Positions 39,750 through 48,953 of a DNA stretch of 64,000 bases are shown one piece after another (position 1 is the stretch's first letter; the number at the start of each line of letters is the position of its first letter). Below the pieces are notes generated by a model. The model was not told the origin of the DNA and made no database searches. It saw only the letters and a list, made by a program, of their open reading frames with translations. Source of the DNA: a virus (Duplodnaviria; Caudoviricetes); the IMG/VR virus record IMGVR_UViG_3300009037_000004, positions 64,001 through 128,000 of that record; one strand, 5' to 3'. The position numbers and the translations under genes were made by a program.

Positions 39750-40434
39750 CCAGGTTGGGGATCACTCCAGAGTCGATACGCCGGAGCATATCCTCGAGCT
39801 CCTCCAGCACACAGCCGAGGTTGTGAACAGTTAGCTCCAACGTACTCAACACAGCCGATGTCCCGGACCACTTCAGTAAGGACAAGATCCTGCCATCATC
39901 CTCGACCTCCCGGACACGCCGATGAACGATGGAGTGCGCCTGCTGAAAGGCTCGGAGATCGAGTCGATGTTCAGCCAGCTCGTCTGCTATCGCCTTCCGA
40001 CTTAGTCCGTCTCGTCGTCCTTGTCGATCAGTCCGTTCCGTAGGGAACGCAATAACCCGAGCTCCGCGTGAAGTCCCTTCCCCGCCATCGCCAAGATCTC
40101 CTTCATCGGCCCGGACGTGATTGGGTTTGCCCCTTCTGCCACCGTCTTCACATGCAACTCCAGGACCCGGCAGTACACGTTGATCGTGTCCACTGTCGCC
40201 TTCTGGAGCTCGAGGTTTATCTCCATTACGGTTTTCGAGCTCATCCACGATACCTCCCAGCCGGTCAGCAAGTGCTTCCGGCGTCAAGGATTTGATAACC
40301 GCCCTGGGTACCCAAGGGAGGTTCGCCAAGTCCGCGTACTCCAGCGGGCTCGACTGTTCCAGAAGAATACGACCCCTCTCAGCAGCCTTCTCCAACCCGA
40401 CCTCGCACGCCCACCTACGGAGTGCGATTGCCAC
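39733..40434 (-). CDS. Hypothetical protein (start uncertain; contains nested ORF)
   Basis: Protein-like helical segments at both ends of the frame; GTG at 40434 chosen. Confidence 0.4.
   Translation of the reverse strand: MAIALRRWACEVGLEKAAERGRILLEQSSPLEYADLANLPWVPRAVIKSLTPEALADRLGGIVDELENRNGDKPRAPEGDSGHDQRVLPGPGVACEDGGRRGKPNHVRADEGDLGDGGEGTSRGARVIAFPTERTDRQGRRDGLSRKAIADELAEHRLDLRAFQQAHSIVHRRVREVEDDGRILSLLKWSGTSAVLSTLELTVHNLGCVLEELEDMLRRIDSGVIPNLDEDHG
40002..40244 (-). CDS. Hypothetical protein nested in 39733..40434
   Basis: GGAGG RBS, MSSKTVMEINLELQK..., amphipathic helices. Confidence 0.5.
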   Translation of the reverse strand: MSSKTVMEINLELQKATVDTINVYCRVLELHVKTVAEGANPITSGPMKEILAMAGKGLHAELGLLRSLRNGLIDKDDETD

Positions 40435-40804
40435 TCCCCTCACCGCTACGCTTCGCGGCCAGAACCAGTTCGATAGCGTCAGAGATCGGTCGATGGTCTT
40501 CTCGATCTCCTCCAACGGCGGTATCGGCTTCCCCGATATCGGACACCGCTGGGTGGCGCTCAACGTAGATGATGTGCTTGCAGGGCTCTCCGCCGGCAAT
40601 CTCCGGCATAGGTGCACCTCCGGGCTCACCTCCAACTCGGGGAAGAAAGCAGCAGGAGGCGTTGCAGTCAGGATCACACTGTCCCTGTCGTCCTTCTGCG
40701 GTGAAGTAGAAGGTGCAGGAGTCAGGCACGTACGATCCTGGCTCTGGGTACCGCTTGCACATTTCGGGTCGTTGATCATAGATGCCACAGCAGTAGCGCC
40801 CCAT
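40415..40804 (-). CDS. YkgJ-like cysteine-cluster protein
   Basis: CGIYDQRPEMCKRYP motif plus further Cys. Confidence 0.6.
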   Translation of the reverse strand: MGRYCCGIYDQRPEMCKRYPEPGSYVPDSCTFYFTAEGRQGQCDPDCNASCCFLPRVGGEPGGAPMPEIAGGEPCKHIIYVERHPAVSDIGEADTAVGGDREDHRPISDAIELVLAAKRSGEGSGNRTP

Positions 40805-40813
40805 CGGGCTTCC

Positions 40814-41173
40814 TCACTTGACGGCTTTCAACTTCGCCTGCTGTCCCCTCTCCCGCTGTCGGGTGAAGAACTCGCGGACTTGGTCGAACGTGGTGGTGTA
40901 CTGGAGGTTCAGGCCGCCTACGACGACCTCCGCCTCCACTTGATGATCCCGCGCGCCGTCTTTGGTCGGGATATCGAAGATGTGAAACGACATGACCTTC
41001 TTACGGTCCTTGGCTTGGTCATACAGGGTCTCAGCCACTTTGTCCTCCTTCAGTTTCTTCGGCCTTCGGCATCTCCCACAAGCTAGAATTTCGCCGACTT
41101 GCTGGAGATCGTTACTCTTCACGCTTCTCTGACAGACTTGGCACTTCGGCACTGGGCACACTCCTGAGTTCAC
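40814..41173 (-). CDS. Zinc-finger hypothetical protein
   Basis: CQVC...CGRC. Confidence 0.5.
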   Translation of the reverse strand: MNSGVCPVPKCQVCQRSVKSNDLQQVGEILACGRCRRPKKLKEDKVAETLYDQAKDRKKVMSFHIFDIPTKDGARDHQVEAEVVVGGLNLQYTTTFDQVREFFTRQRERGQQAKLKAVK

Positions 41174-41633
41174 ATTTCATGAACCGAACTTCACGACCTG
41201 TGTACATCGGCATGACGTTGATGATCTGGTTCCAAGCGTCCTTCCACTTCACGAAGCTACCCACCTGGAGAGCCTCGAAAGTGATGTCGTCCTTCACCCA
41301 GACCAGCAGGTAGCCCAAGGCATCCTCCATCGCCAGGAGCATCACCTCATTGTCCCACCCCACTGGGGTCCTGAATCGGAATGTCGCGGCGTTTGCCTGC
41401 GCCCGGAAGACCTGATCAATACCAGGCATGGTCTCCCTCATCTCTGGGATCTCATTCTCGTACAGCAGGTCTGCGATCTCCTGTACGAACTTCATGATCT
41501 TCTCTTCCGTCTGCTTCTGCTTCTCGACATCCGGCAGGTCGTCATCCAAGCATTTCCACATCTGCATGAGTTCCACAGCCTGGGCTGGGACGATACCTGC
41601 CTCGACCACTTTCTTGACCAGCTCGCTACTCAT
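41112..41633 (-). CDS. Hypothetical protein
   Basis: Start reassigned to MSSELVKK (ATGA overlap). Confidence 0.6.
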   Translation of the reverse strand: MSSELVKKVVEAGIVPAQAVELMQMWKCLDDDLPDVEKQKQTEEKIMKFVQEIADLLYENEIPEMRETMPGIDQVFRAQANAATFRFRTPVGWDNEVMLLAMEDALGYLLVWVKDDITFEALQVGSFVKWKDAWNQIINVMPMYTGREVRFMKCELRSVPSAEVPSLSEKREE

Positions 41634-42178
41634 CCGATGTTTCCTTTCAGAGCGCAGCCGATCTCGGAGATCGTGGCACTGCGCGTCTTGGAACCGCAGA
41701 GGATGAAGACACCGCTGGGCAGAGTCTTCTCCCGCTCGATCCTGGCCCCCAGGAACTGCGTCAGGCGCTTGGCATAAATGGGCTCGATACCCTGCCAGTC
41801 CCAGAACTTCGTGTGGTCCCCGATCAGCAAGTGTGTCACTACCCAACCATCAAACGCCATCTGGGTGAACATCCTGATAAGGTAGGCATTGACGTTCCCG
41901 CCACCCCCGGAGAACTCCTCCATCGGGACATTCCGCACCACTTCCATCGCGGAGAGTTCGGCGAAGCTGGAGGTGCTTTCCGAAGGCTTGATCTCCTCCC
42001 CCGGCCGAACGAATCGTTGGTAGGCGATGGGCTCTTCATTCCGGATGGTGATGCTCTGGATCTCCCCCATCAGGATGATCCGTCGCACAGCATCCAGGAT
42101 GCCATCGATGTCTCCGGGCATGTCCGTCTGGACGGTTACCAGACGGCCCACATCCGGACCTCCACCGATACCAGCCAT
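41630..42178 (-). CDS. Hypothetical protein
   Basis: 182-aa ORF, coupled. Confidence 0.65.
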   Translation of the reverse strand: MAGIGGGPDVGRLVTVQTDMPGDIDGILDAVRRIILMGEIQSITIRNEEPIAYQRFVRPGEEIKPSESTSSFAELSAMEVVRNVPMEEFSGGGGNVNAYLIRMFTQMAFDGWVVTHLLIGDHTKFWDWQGIEPIYAKRLTQFLGARIEREKTLPSGVFILCGSKTRSATISEIGCALKGNIG

Positions 42179-42321
42179 CAGCCCACAGTCCCATCAAGCC
42201 GCTGTCGGATAAGAGCAGAAAGGGAGATCTTGAGTCGGCGGGCCTCAGCCTTCAAGGATTTCTTGAACTTTTGTGGCAGACGAATCGTCGTCAGCGCATC
42301 CTTTATGATCTTCTTGCTCAT
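42178..42321 (-). CDS. Ribbon-helix-helix DNA-binding protein (47 aa)
   Basis: Hand translation MSKKIIKDALTTIRLPQKFKKSLKAEARRLKISLSALIRQRL; coupled at both ends. Confidence 0.6.
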   Translation of the reverse strand: MSKKIIKDALTTIRLPQKFKKSLKAEARRLKISLSALIRQRLDGTVG

Positions 42322-42503
42322 ATCTGCTCCACTACTTCTCGTTGCGTCTGTTGCTCCTCCAATCGGAGGAGGTGGAGATACTCACAGATCAAGGAGGTGA
42401 TGTCCTTGCCCTGTCGGCGAGCATAGTCCCGTGCCCAGTCCTTCAACCCCGCGTCGATCTTCAGGTTCAACCGAGCCTTGATCGTGACACCTTTTCTAGG
42501 CAT
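42318..42503 (-). CDS. Ribbon-helix-helix DNA-binding protein
   Basis: RLNLKID..LKDWARDYARRQGKDITSLICEYL. Confidence 0.65.
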   Translation of the reverse strand: MPRKGVTIKARLNLKIDAGLKDWARDYARRQGKDITSLICEYLHLLRLEEQQTQREVVEQI

Positions 42504-43218
42504 AGCCCCTCAACTCCTGGACCTTCTCTCGAAGGTCCTCGCCGGGGCAGGCCAGCTTTCCATGTTCCCAATGCCCGGTCAGGACAGACGCCCCCAGAAC
42601 GGGAACGGCGTACTCCAGCCAGAAGAGCTCCGCGATCTTCATCTGAATCGCAGAAGGATGGCCATCGTAGCCCTTCATGGGATGATTCACCTCTCCCGGC
42701 TCCAGGAAGTAGCCCTGGAAGGCGCACCCTCCCCCGCCCTCATTCTGCCCATCCCCCGTATGCCAGGTGACGAAGTCCAGGTGGTTGCACTGGTAGATGA
42801 CCGACCTCGAACGATCGGTGAACATGGTCGTGGGATCGAAGGGGACGAACCAGGTGTACGCGAAGCCTGGCCACCCACGGCCCTCACCCGTCCAGAGCCA
42901 CTCCGGCTGCTTGGGCTGACCGTACCTCGGGTTCTTCTTCCACGTGGGGTTGCGAACGAAGAAGCTCGCCGTTTTGAAGACCTGCTTGTCGAATCTCCCG
43001 TATCCACCAGCCGTCTGGTGGTAGATGATCGTCTTGATCATCCGGCCAGGAACTTCCTGGTAGGAGCCACGCACGTCCCTCTTGCCCGTGTTCGGATTGA
43101 TAGCCTCCGACCCGAAGGGGAACTTCGGATGCCGGGGCAGTAGGTCCACGATGTCGTAGATCAGGAACTCGCTGCCGGAGAAGACGATCCGCTGAGGATC
43201 GAGGGGCATGATGCTCAT
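42496..43218 (-). CDS. N-acetylmuramoyl-L-alanine amidase (Amidase_2), probable endolysin
   Basis: IIYHQTAG...YTWFV...WHTG...GHWEHGKLACPG Zn-ligand pattern; start at ATGA overlap. Confidence 0.75.
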   Translation of the reverse strand: MSIMPLDPQRIVFSGSEFLIYDIVDLLPRHPKFPFGSEAINPNTGKRDVRGSYQEVPGRMIKTIIYHQTAGGYGRFDKQVFKTASFFVRNPTWKKNPRYGQPKQPEWLWTGEGRGWPGFAYTWFVPFDPTTMFTDRSRSVIYQCNHLDFVTWHTGDGQNEGGGGCAFQGYFLEPGEVNHPMKGYDGHPSAIQMKIAELFWLEYAVPVLGASVLTGHWEHGKLACPGEDLREKVQELRGYA

Positions 43219-43466
43219 TGCTGCACCTTCTCGATGGCGGAGAGGTAGTCCTTCAGTCCAGGTATTGGGAACTTCTCCGCCAGCCAATCGATGGTGAAGT
43301 AGTGAATCTGCCAGAGGACGCCATCATCCGCTGACTGGCCGTTGAACTTCTCCTTCCAGGCCTTCTCGAGCTGCTTCATCACCGGGTAATTCTGCCCGAT
43401 GAAGGTCGGCAGCCACATCCACTTCAGCTCAACAGCTCCATCATCCGCGACCTGAACGAGCTTCAT
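43215..43466 (-). CDS. Hypothetical protein
   Basis: 83 aa, coupled. Confidence 0.65.
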   Translation of the reverse strand: MKLVQVADDGAVELKWMWLPTFIGQNYPVMKQLEKAWKEKFNGQSADDGVLWQIHYFTIDWLAEKFPIPGLKDYLSAIEKVQQ

Positions 43467-43972
43467 TCGATCCCTGCTCCCTTCATCCGAGCCTGGAGCT
43501 TCTGGAGGTTCTCCATCTCGGTGTTCACTTGCTCCACCAGGACGTTCATCATTCGCACGTCACGAGACTGGAGTACCTCATCCAGAACCTTTTCCTTCTC
43601 CCGCCGCAGGTCTTTCAGCTTCCGCTCGAACTCCATGTCCTTGGTCACCACGGAGACATCGAGCATGCAGACATGGCAACGAGGCGGACCGCTCGAGCCG
43701 GGGGAGACATAATGGATCCAGCCGCAGTTGGGACAACGCAGAATCCTGAGCTCCTCCCACTCCCCAAAGTGGGCCTCTACCCGCTCAAAAAGTGGGTCCA
43801 CCATCTTCTTGGCGCCCAGGCTCATCTTCTGCCACATCTCATCGAGCTGGCCTAAGCGTTCGTGTGTCTCCCTCTCCGTGATTGGGCCGGCGTCGAGATA
43901 CCGCAGGTACGCCCAGTAGTGCGCCCAGTAGAGGCTGAGGAGATCTCGTTTGTGTGGGGCTAGGCGACTCAT
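43463..43972 (-). CDS. Zinc-ribbon/coiled-coil protein
   Basis: CPNC...CHVC. Confidence 0.6.
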   Translation of the reverse strand: MSRLAPHKRDLLSLYWAHYWAYLRYLDAGPITERETHERLGQLDEMWQKMSLGAKKMVDPLFERVEAHFGEWEELRILRCPNCGWIHYVSPGSSGPPRCHVCMLDVSVVTKDMEFERKLKDLRREKEKVLDEVLQSRDVRMMNVLVEQVNTEMENLQKLQARMKGAGIE

Positions 43973-44331
43973 TCGAACCTCGGTGGATCGTTGTGGTCGA
44001 AGACCAGCATGACATCATTCGGCCGGATGAGAGCCTCGTCCTCCTCCAGGGCGTGCTGGTGAAGCGCCTCGGCTGTCTTGGTGAGGCTGGCAACCACCCG
44101 GTTGAAGACCACCCCATCTCCCGGCTCCAGACCCGTGGGGATGCGGAAGCCGAGGTACTCCTCACCCTTCTTGGCCATCGGCCCTGGCCCTACGGCGATG
44201 ACCTTGCCAGTTCGCAGGGCCGTCTCGTACGCCTCATCCGGCTTGAAAAGCGTACCGGAGAGAGTCTTGTTGCTGTCAGGATCCATCTTCACAAGGATCC
44301 AGTCATTCATCGGTCTCAGCCCTCGGCTCAT
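43969..44331 (-). CDS. groES: Co-chaperonin GroES (Cpn10)
   Basis: LRPMNDWILVK...KTLSG...GKVIAVGPG...GDGVVF. Confidence 0.85.
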   Translation of the reverse strand: MSRGLRPMNDWILVKMDPDSNKTLSGTLFKPDEAYETALRTGKVIAVGPGPMAKKGEEYLGFRIPTGLEPGDGVVFNRVVASLTKTAEALHQHALEEDEALIRPNDVMLVFDHNDPPRFE

Positions 44332-44332
44332 T

Positions 44333-44653
44333 TCAGTCCTCCAGGGGGTCTCCCGTGGACACGCTCACGGGGTCTTCGGGAATCTCGGCCTTCTGCCCGC
44401 CGGCCTCTCTCTCCAGCAGCTCTTGTAGCCAACCGGACGCCGGCTTCATGCCCGACTCGGTGCCCTTGGGGAGAAGGAAGTAGAACTGGCTGTCCCCCAT
44501 CGCGCGGATGACCAACCGATTCTCCTTCTTGCCCTCACCATCCGTGATGCCGGCGGCTAGAAACAGCTCCACCGGCACCAGCTTCTTGACGGTCTTGATC
44601 CCGGCTTCGGAACCGGTCTCGAATCTCAGGACGTTCTTTGGTGCCATCTTCAT
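44333..44653 (-). CDS. Hypothetical protein
   Basis: 106-aa ORF. Confidence 0.6.
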   Translation of the reverse strand: MKMAPKNVLRFETGSEAGIKTVKKLVPVELFLAAGITDGEGKKENRLVIRAMGDSQFYFLLPKGTESGMKPASGWLQELLEREAGGQKAEIPEDPVSVSTGDPLED

Positions 44654-45054
44654 TCTCCCTTCGGAGGCTGGGGCACGAACCTGGCCCCAGCCGGTCTCAC
44701 GATGACGACTTGCTCGATGGGGGCGAAGAGTTTCTTCGCCTCTTCGAGATCATTCCGTAGGATAGCCGTCATCTTCTCGTCTAGCTCGTAAGCTTTCTTG
44801 TTCACCTGGAGATGAATCCCTGGCCGTGTCATCTCCTGGAGCATCGTCACCTTGGCATCTGGGTACTTCTGGAGAAGGCCGTGGAGTTGAGTGATCATCT
44901 CGCTCATCTCCTGACAGGAGTTCTCCTGTTGTTCCATCAAGATCTGGTTCATGTGCTCCCCCGCTACCTCCACTTGGTCCACGTCGATCCTCGACCGGTA
45001 TGAGGTCGTCTTTGGGAGCCTGGCGTAGTAGACCGTGATCATTATCTGCTTCAT
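44650..45054 (-). CDS. Hypothetical protein
   Basis: Start MKQIMITV; overlapped ~300 nt by tail of upstream ORF. Confidence 0.55.
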   Translation of the reverse strand: MKQIMITVYYARLPKTTSYRSRIDVDQVEVAGEHMNQILMEQQENSCQEMSEMITQLHGLLQKYPDAKVTMLQEMTRPGIHLQVNKKAYELDEKMTAILRNDLEEAKKLFAPIEQVVIVRPAGARFVPQPPKGE

Positions 45055-45490
45055 CGCGTCGCCTCGTGATCTTGAAGACCATAGGTCCATTGGAGGAAAT
45101 CGACAGGTGCACGGATAGACCATTCTGGAGATCCAACCGGTCTACAATCGTCCGGCCAGAGACGGAGGGGCGAAGCGAGACGCCCGTGATCTTTGAGGTC
45201 AGCAAAAGCGCCTCTACCACCTCAGGTTCCGCCTTGAGCTCATGCGGAAGCCCAAAACCGCAGAGAGCCCGAAAGCACTCCGTCGCAGTCAATTCGTAAT
45301 ACTGCACCGGGCTACTGGGGGAGGAAGGGGCTACTCCAGATGCGCGTGTCATCTTCCACCCACAGCCACTAACACACGGATAGCCCCCCTCCATCCAACG
45401 AGGGTGCTCCAAGATGAGCTTGTGGATTTCCCTCAAGTCATCCAGGAGGGAGACCAACGTCAGGCAGTTCTGGCAGAAGAGTTGGATCAT
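44750..45490 (-). CDS. Cys-containing hypothetical protein
   Basis: CQNC...CVSGC; ATGA coupling at start. Confidence 0.55.
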   Translation of the reverse strand: MIQLFCQNCLTLVSLLDDLREIHKLILEHPRWMEGGYPCVSGCGWKMTRASGVAPSSPSSPVQYYELTATECFRALCGFGLPHELKAEPEVVEALLLTSKITGVSLRPSVSGRTIVDRLDLQNGLSVHLSISSNGPMVFKITRRRDEADNDHGLLRQAPKDDLIPVEDRRGPSGGSGGAHEPDLDGTTGELLSGDERDDHSTPRPSPEVPRCQGDDAPGDDTARDSSPGEQESLRARREDDGYPTE

Positions 45491-45993
45491 ATCTGCGTCC
45501 CGTCATCCTCTTCCACGACTGGAGGTGGGGCGGCTGTACGCTCGACCACGGGGTACCCCATCTCATCCTTCTCGACCGTCCGACTCTGGACTGGGAGGGC
45601 AAACCCATCTTTGTCCACTCTCGGACGGCGGGCAGTGGCCGCCTTCCCTGAACCAATCCCGCCCTGCGCTGGCGGTGTGGCCGCCGGGAACTCAGCCACC
45701 TTCCCCATGACCGGTTCCTCATCTGGCTCCTTGATCTCCCCCACATCCTCCCCGCCGAAGATCAAGGCCAGCTCCTCTTCCTGATGCGGCGCTGGCGGAG
45801 GAGGTTCTAGGTCCACTCGCCTGGGAAGAGGAGCACGCTCCACGCCAGCAGCAAGCTGAATAAGGCACTGGACAGTGGTCTCGTCCGTGTCGATGTTGAC
45901 TTGCCTGCCATCTGGTAGCTCGACCGTGAGCTGGTTGACGATCAACCCCTCTCGGTCGAGATCGACCATCTGTCCAAATCGAACGATTCTCAT
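45487..45993 (-). CDS. Hypothetical protein
   Basis: Start MRIVRFGQ at ATGA overlap. Confidence 0.6.
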   Translation of the reverse strand: MRIVRFGQMVDLDREGLIVNQLTVELPDGRQVNIDTDETTVQCLIQLAAGVERAPLPRRVDLEPPPPAPHQEEELALIFGGEDVGEIKEPDEEPVMGKVAEFPAATPPAQGGIGSGKAATARRPRVDKDGFALPVQSRTVEKDEMGYPVVERTAAPPPVVEEDDGTQI

Positions 45994-46310
45994 CCGTTCA
46001 CCTTTGGCGGAGGAGGGAGCCGATCTGCCTGAGCCTTTCGCTCTGCCAGCTCTCTCTGTTTCGCTCCTTGTTGCAATGCAGACGCGATCATAGCCAATGA
46101 CTTGGCCGCGGACCGCACAGCGTTCAGCGTCTTGCAGGAATCCCTCACCTGGTCCTGGGTGTAGGTGGGATCGTAGGCCACGCATGCACCGTTGCACTCT
46201 CGGTCAGAGTTTCCAGGAAGCCAGCAATAGAGCTCATCCCCACCTCCGGCGATGTGCTCATCCGGCCTCTCAATGAACAAGTCGTCAGGCCGTGGGGGCG
46301 TCGGGGCCAT
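45990..46310 (-). CDS. Cys-motif hypothetical protein
   Basis: CW...REC..ACVAY...C. Confidence 0.6.
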   Translation of the reverse strand: MAPTPPRPDDLFIERPDEHIAGGGDELYCWLPGNSDRECNGACVAYDPTYTQDQVRDSCKTLNAVRSAAKSLAMIASALQQGAKQRELAERKAQADRLPPPPKVNG

Positions 46311-46707
46311 AATGGTACTCCTTCTGAATCTTCTCCATCTCGTCCAGGGTAGCCCGGTAGGTGCCGATGCAGGCCGCCTTGATGACCCGAGCCAGCAGCT
46401 TCGAGTCGTTGACTGGCAGGAGACCAGACTGGACCATAGCTAGACCGATCGCCTTGCTCGCGTCCTTGCCCAGCCGGAGTAGGTAATCCTTCGTGACCTG
46501 CTCCACGATCTGGAGAGCAGCATCGTCGTTCAGGCCCTCCCGACCACGGAGGATAGACCCCACACCAACCGAGACAAGGTCCTTCTCATTCCCCTCCCAG
46601 CTACAACTCATGCACAGAGCCTCGCCCACCCTGGGGATCAGTGAGTGTCTGCGCCCGATCTTCCCAGACCCACAGGCTGGGCATAGGAGCACGCTCTTCA
46701 TGATCAT
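46285..46707 (-). CDS. Zinc-ribbon protein
   Basis: CPAC...CMSC. Confidence 0.6.
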   Translation of the reverse strand: MIMKSVLLCPACGSGKIGRRHSLIPRVGEALCMSCSWEGNEKDLVSVGVGSILRGREGLNDDAALQIVEQVTKDYLLRLGKDASKAIGLAMVQSGLLPVNDSKLLARVIKAACIGTYRATLDEMEKIQKEYHYGPDAPTA

Positions 46708-47123
46708 CTCCTTCCAGATCTCATGTTCTCCCCCGCCCGCCTCATGTACCTCGTCCTCATGCGACTCTGGGCCTTTCCGACCGGCTGGAGAGGAGTGATG
46801 CGATACGGTCCTCGAGAGACCTCTTTCCGCAAGTAGTCCATCGCTGCCTGATCGGCCCGCTTCCTCTGCCCGCGCTGGAATGGGTACATCTCATCCAACA
46901 AGTCCTGCCACGCTTCCTGGAGCTGCTTATTCGCCTTCTCTCCTTCCGAGGCGGAAGCGACTACCGCCTGGACTATCGATCGGGTCTTTTGCAGCTCGAT
47001 GTCCTGCTTCATGCGCCACACCAAAAGCATCAAGGACTCCAGCGGGGTGCCTGGCGCGGGGGGCTCGGTCATCATCTCGTAGCGCATGTTGGCCCGAGCC
47101 CAGCCGACTGGAGTCTCTAGGTA
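46704..47123 (-). CDS. Tail assembly chaperone, post-frameshift (gpT-like) segment
   Basis: Open -1 frame from slippery site: YLETPVGWARANMRYEMMTEPP... Confidence 0.6.
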   Translation of the reverse strand, partial: YLETPVGWARANMRYEMMTEPPAPGTPLESLMLLVWRMKQDIELQKTRSIVQAVVASASEGEKANKQLQEAWQDLLDEMYPFQRGQRKRADQAAMDYLRKEVSRGPYRITPLQPVGKAQSRMRTRYMRRAGENMRSGRR

Positions 47124-48184
47124 TTTTTTAACTCCTCCGTCTGGCCTACGAAGAGCTTCCTGACTCGCTCATCGAACCAGAGATACTGGATGCCCAGGTC
47201 CGCGATCCATTGGATCGGGAATCGCACCACCTTCTCGAACTTCTTTCGGAAGAGGTCCTCTTTGAACTTCTTCTTGTCGTCCAGGTGCGTGGGCAGTTCA
47301 TCGCCGTTGATCGAAACAAGAGCCAAGGTGAGCTGCATGATCGTGTACTTATCCATCAAGTACCGATCTCCGCCAGCCTCCCCGAACATCATCTGCTTGA
47401 TGGCCAAGTCTTCTTCCGCCGACACCGAGCGGTAGGCCACGACGAGCTTGTCGGGGACGACAACCACATTCTGACGAACCTCGCCGTAAACGATGATGTC
47501 CGTGATGCTCATGGGGGCCAGGCGCCCCTCGATCGTCTTCTTCCGTTCTGGGTTGTTGAGCAGGTTGAACTGGGGGCCGTCCCCCAGGATGTCCTTCAAC
47601 TCCTCGTAGAGGTTCTCTTCCGTCTTGGCCACAACCTTCCCAAGGTTGGACGCATCCACCTGCCGTTTCTTGTCTTCCTCCGTAGGCTCCTCCGCCGTCC
47701 TTGTCTGAACCTGCTGGGCCTGAGCCTGAAACGCCGCCAGGGTCTCGATGGCCGCCTTACTCTTGTCGCTCAGAGCTGGACGGTAGCCATCCGTCTCCGG
47801 CCTCCGGAGGTGGGGCTGGTTGGCCGCGATCATGGAGCCGACTCCAGGAACGAAGCTAGGGTCCTCCCGTGCTTCTTCGGGAAGGGTCGCGAATGGACCT
47901 TTATCGGGTCCTTGTCTTTGTTTCGTCATCATCATCGCCAGTTCTGGGTTGTAAACGGGACTGAGAGGACTCGTGGGGTCTTGCAGCGTTCTGGCCTGGG
48001 CATCCATCGTCCCTCCGCCCTCGATGGGCTCCGCGTTCAGCGGTGGGATACGGACAGGCGGCGCTCCCCCGAGCGGGGGTCTCGGACGCTTCAAGCTATC
48101 GGTCGGGCTGGCCTCTCGTTCCCGCCGCTCCCGGATGATCTCCTCCGGCGTCTTGTTGAAGTGGATCTTGGTCTTGTCAGCCAT
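47117..48184 (-). CDS. Tail assembly chaperone (gpG-like)
   Basis: C-terminal YRSVSAEED...LVSING...ELKN ending in TTA AAA AAT slippery sequence. Confidence 0.6.
   Translation of the reverse strand: MADKTKIHFNKTPEEIIRERREREASPTDSLKRPRPPLGGAPPVRIPPLNAEPIEGGGTMDAQARTLQDPTSPLSPVYNPELAMMMTKQRQGPDKGPFATLPEEAREDPSFVPGVGSMIAANQPHLRRPETDGYRPALSDKSKAAIETLAAFQAQAQQVQTRTAEEPTEEDKKRQVDASNLGKVVAKTEENLYEELKDILGDGPQFNLLNNPERKKTIEGRLAPMSITDIIVYGEVRQNVVVVPDKLVVAYRSVSAEEDLAIKQMMFGEAGGDRYLMDKYTIMQLTLALVSINGDELPTHLDDKKKFKEDLFRKKFEKVVRFPIQWIADLGIQYLWFDERVRKLFVGQTEELKNT
47123..47129 (-). other. Programmed -1 frameshift heptamer A AAA AAT
   Basis: X XXY YYZ heptamer one codon before TAG; -1 frame is that of 46704..47087. 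Confidence 0.7.
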
Positions 48185-48462
48185 CAGTGCACCTTGGGGA
48201 ATCGAGTCTTCGGTTCATGCCGTGGATCTCTTCGGGCTTCTCCGTCTACCAGGAAAGCGCGCACGATGTCCCAGATCATCTTCCGAAAGGTTGGGCGGTT
48301 CATGTAGACGGCGAGACCACGATCCAGCAGCATCTGATGCAGCTCATCCCAGCGGTACTTCCAGCCGCGTGCGTCCCAAAGCTCGAGGAGCTGCTCCTCC
48401 GTGAGGAAGGGCTTCTTCGAAGGAAGGACAGAATCTGCGTCTGGCTTACGAGAATCATCCAT
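48184..48462 (-). CDS. Hypothetical protein
   Basis: ORF coupled (TGATG) to chaperone gene; start uncertain. Confidence 0.55.
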   Translation of the reverse strand: MDDSRKPDADSVLPSKKPFLTEEQLLELWDARGWKYRWDELHQMLLDRGLAVYMNRPTFRKMIWDIVRAFLVDGEARRDPRHEPKTRFPKVH

Positions 48463-48501
48463 GGCTAAAGAAAGTCCGCCTGGCTCTTTAGCCACCGATT
48501 A

Positions 48502-48520
48502 GGACATACATCGTATGTCC
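48502..48520. promoter_or_regulatory. Palindromic operator-like site
   Basis: GGACATAC-ATC-GTATGTCC directly downstream of minus-strand TTGACG (48521-48526). Confidence 0.45.
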
Positions 48521-48522
48521 CG

Positions 48523-48951
48523 TCAAGAGTCTTTTTTGGAGCTGTCGTACAGGCGGAGGAATTCGCTATAGATCGCTGGGAGATAGGTCAGCCAGACCTC
48601 ATTGCGAAGGTCTGGAACCTGAACTCTGGCAAGCAGCACAGTCGAGATCGTGGGGTTTCCTCTCATGGTCTCCGCCCGGCCGTGGACGTAGCGAAGGTCA
48701 GAGACCTCAAAGCCTGGGGGCTCGCCCACGTTCTTGAGCGTACAGTGATCGAGGAAGCAACCCAAAGCTGTCCCCGCCATGACCTTCCAGACCACCGGTG
48801 GGGACAGCTTCACACGAGGGAAGTAGTAGCAGGTGATCTCTCCCACCCCAGGCCATTTCGGGCTTTCCGGCAATACCATCGAATGAGATACGGGAGGAGG
48901 GGGTGCCGAACCAACCTCTTCCTCACCTTTCCAAATCTGGATGTTCTCCAT
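48523..48951 (-). CDS. Hypothetical protein
   Basis: Start MENIQIWKG with GGAG RBS. Confidence 0.55.
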   Translation of the reverse strand: MENIQIWKGEEEVGSAPPPPVSHSMVLPESPKWPGVGEITCYYFPRVKLSPPVVWKVMAGTALGCFLDHCTLKNVGEPPGFEVSDLRYVHGRAETMRGNPTISTVLLARVQVPDLRNEVWLTYLPAIYSEFLRLYDSSKKDS

Positions 48952-48953
48952 GG

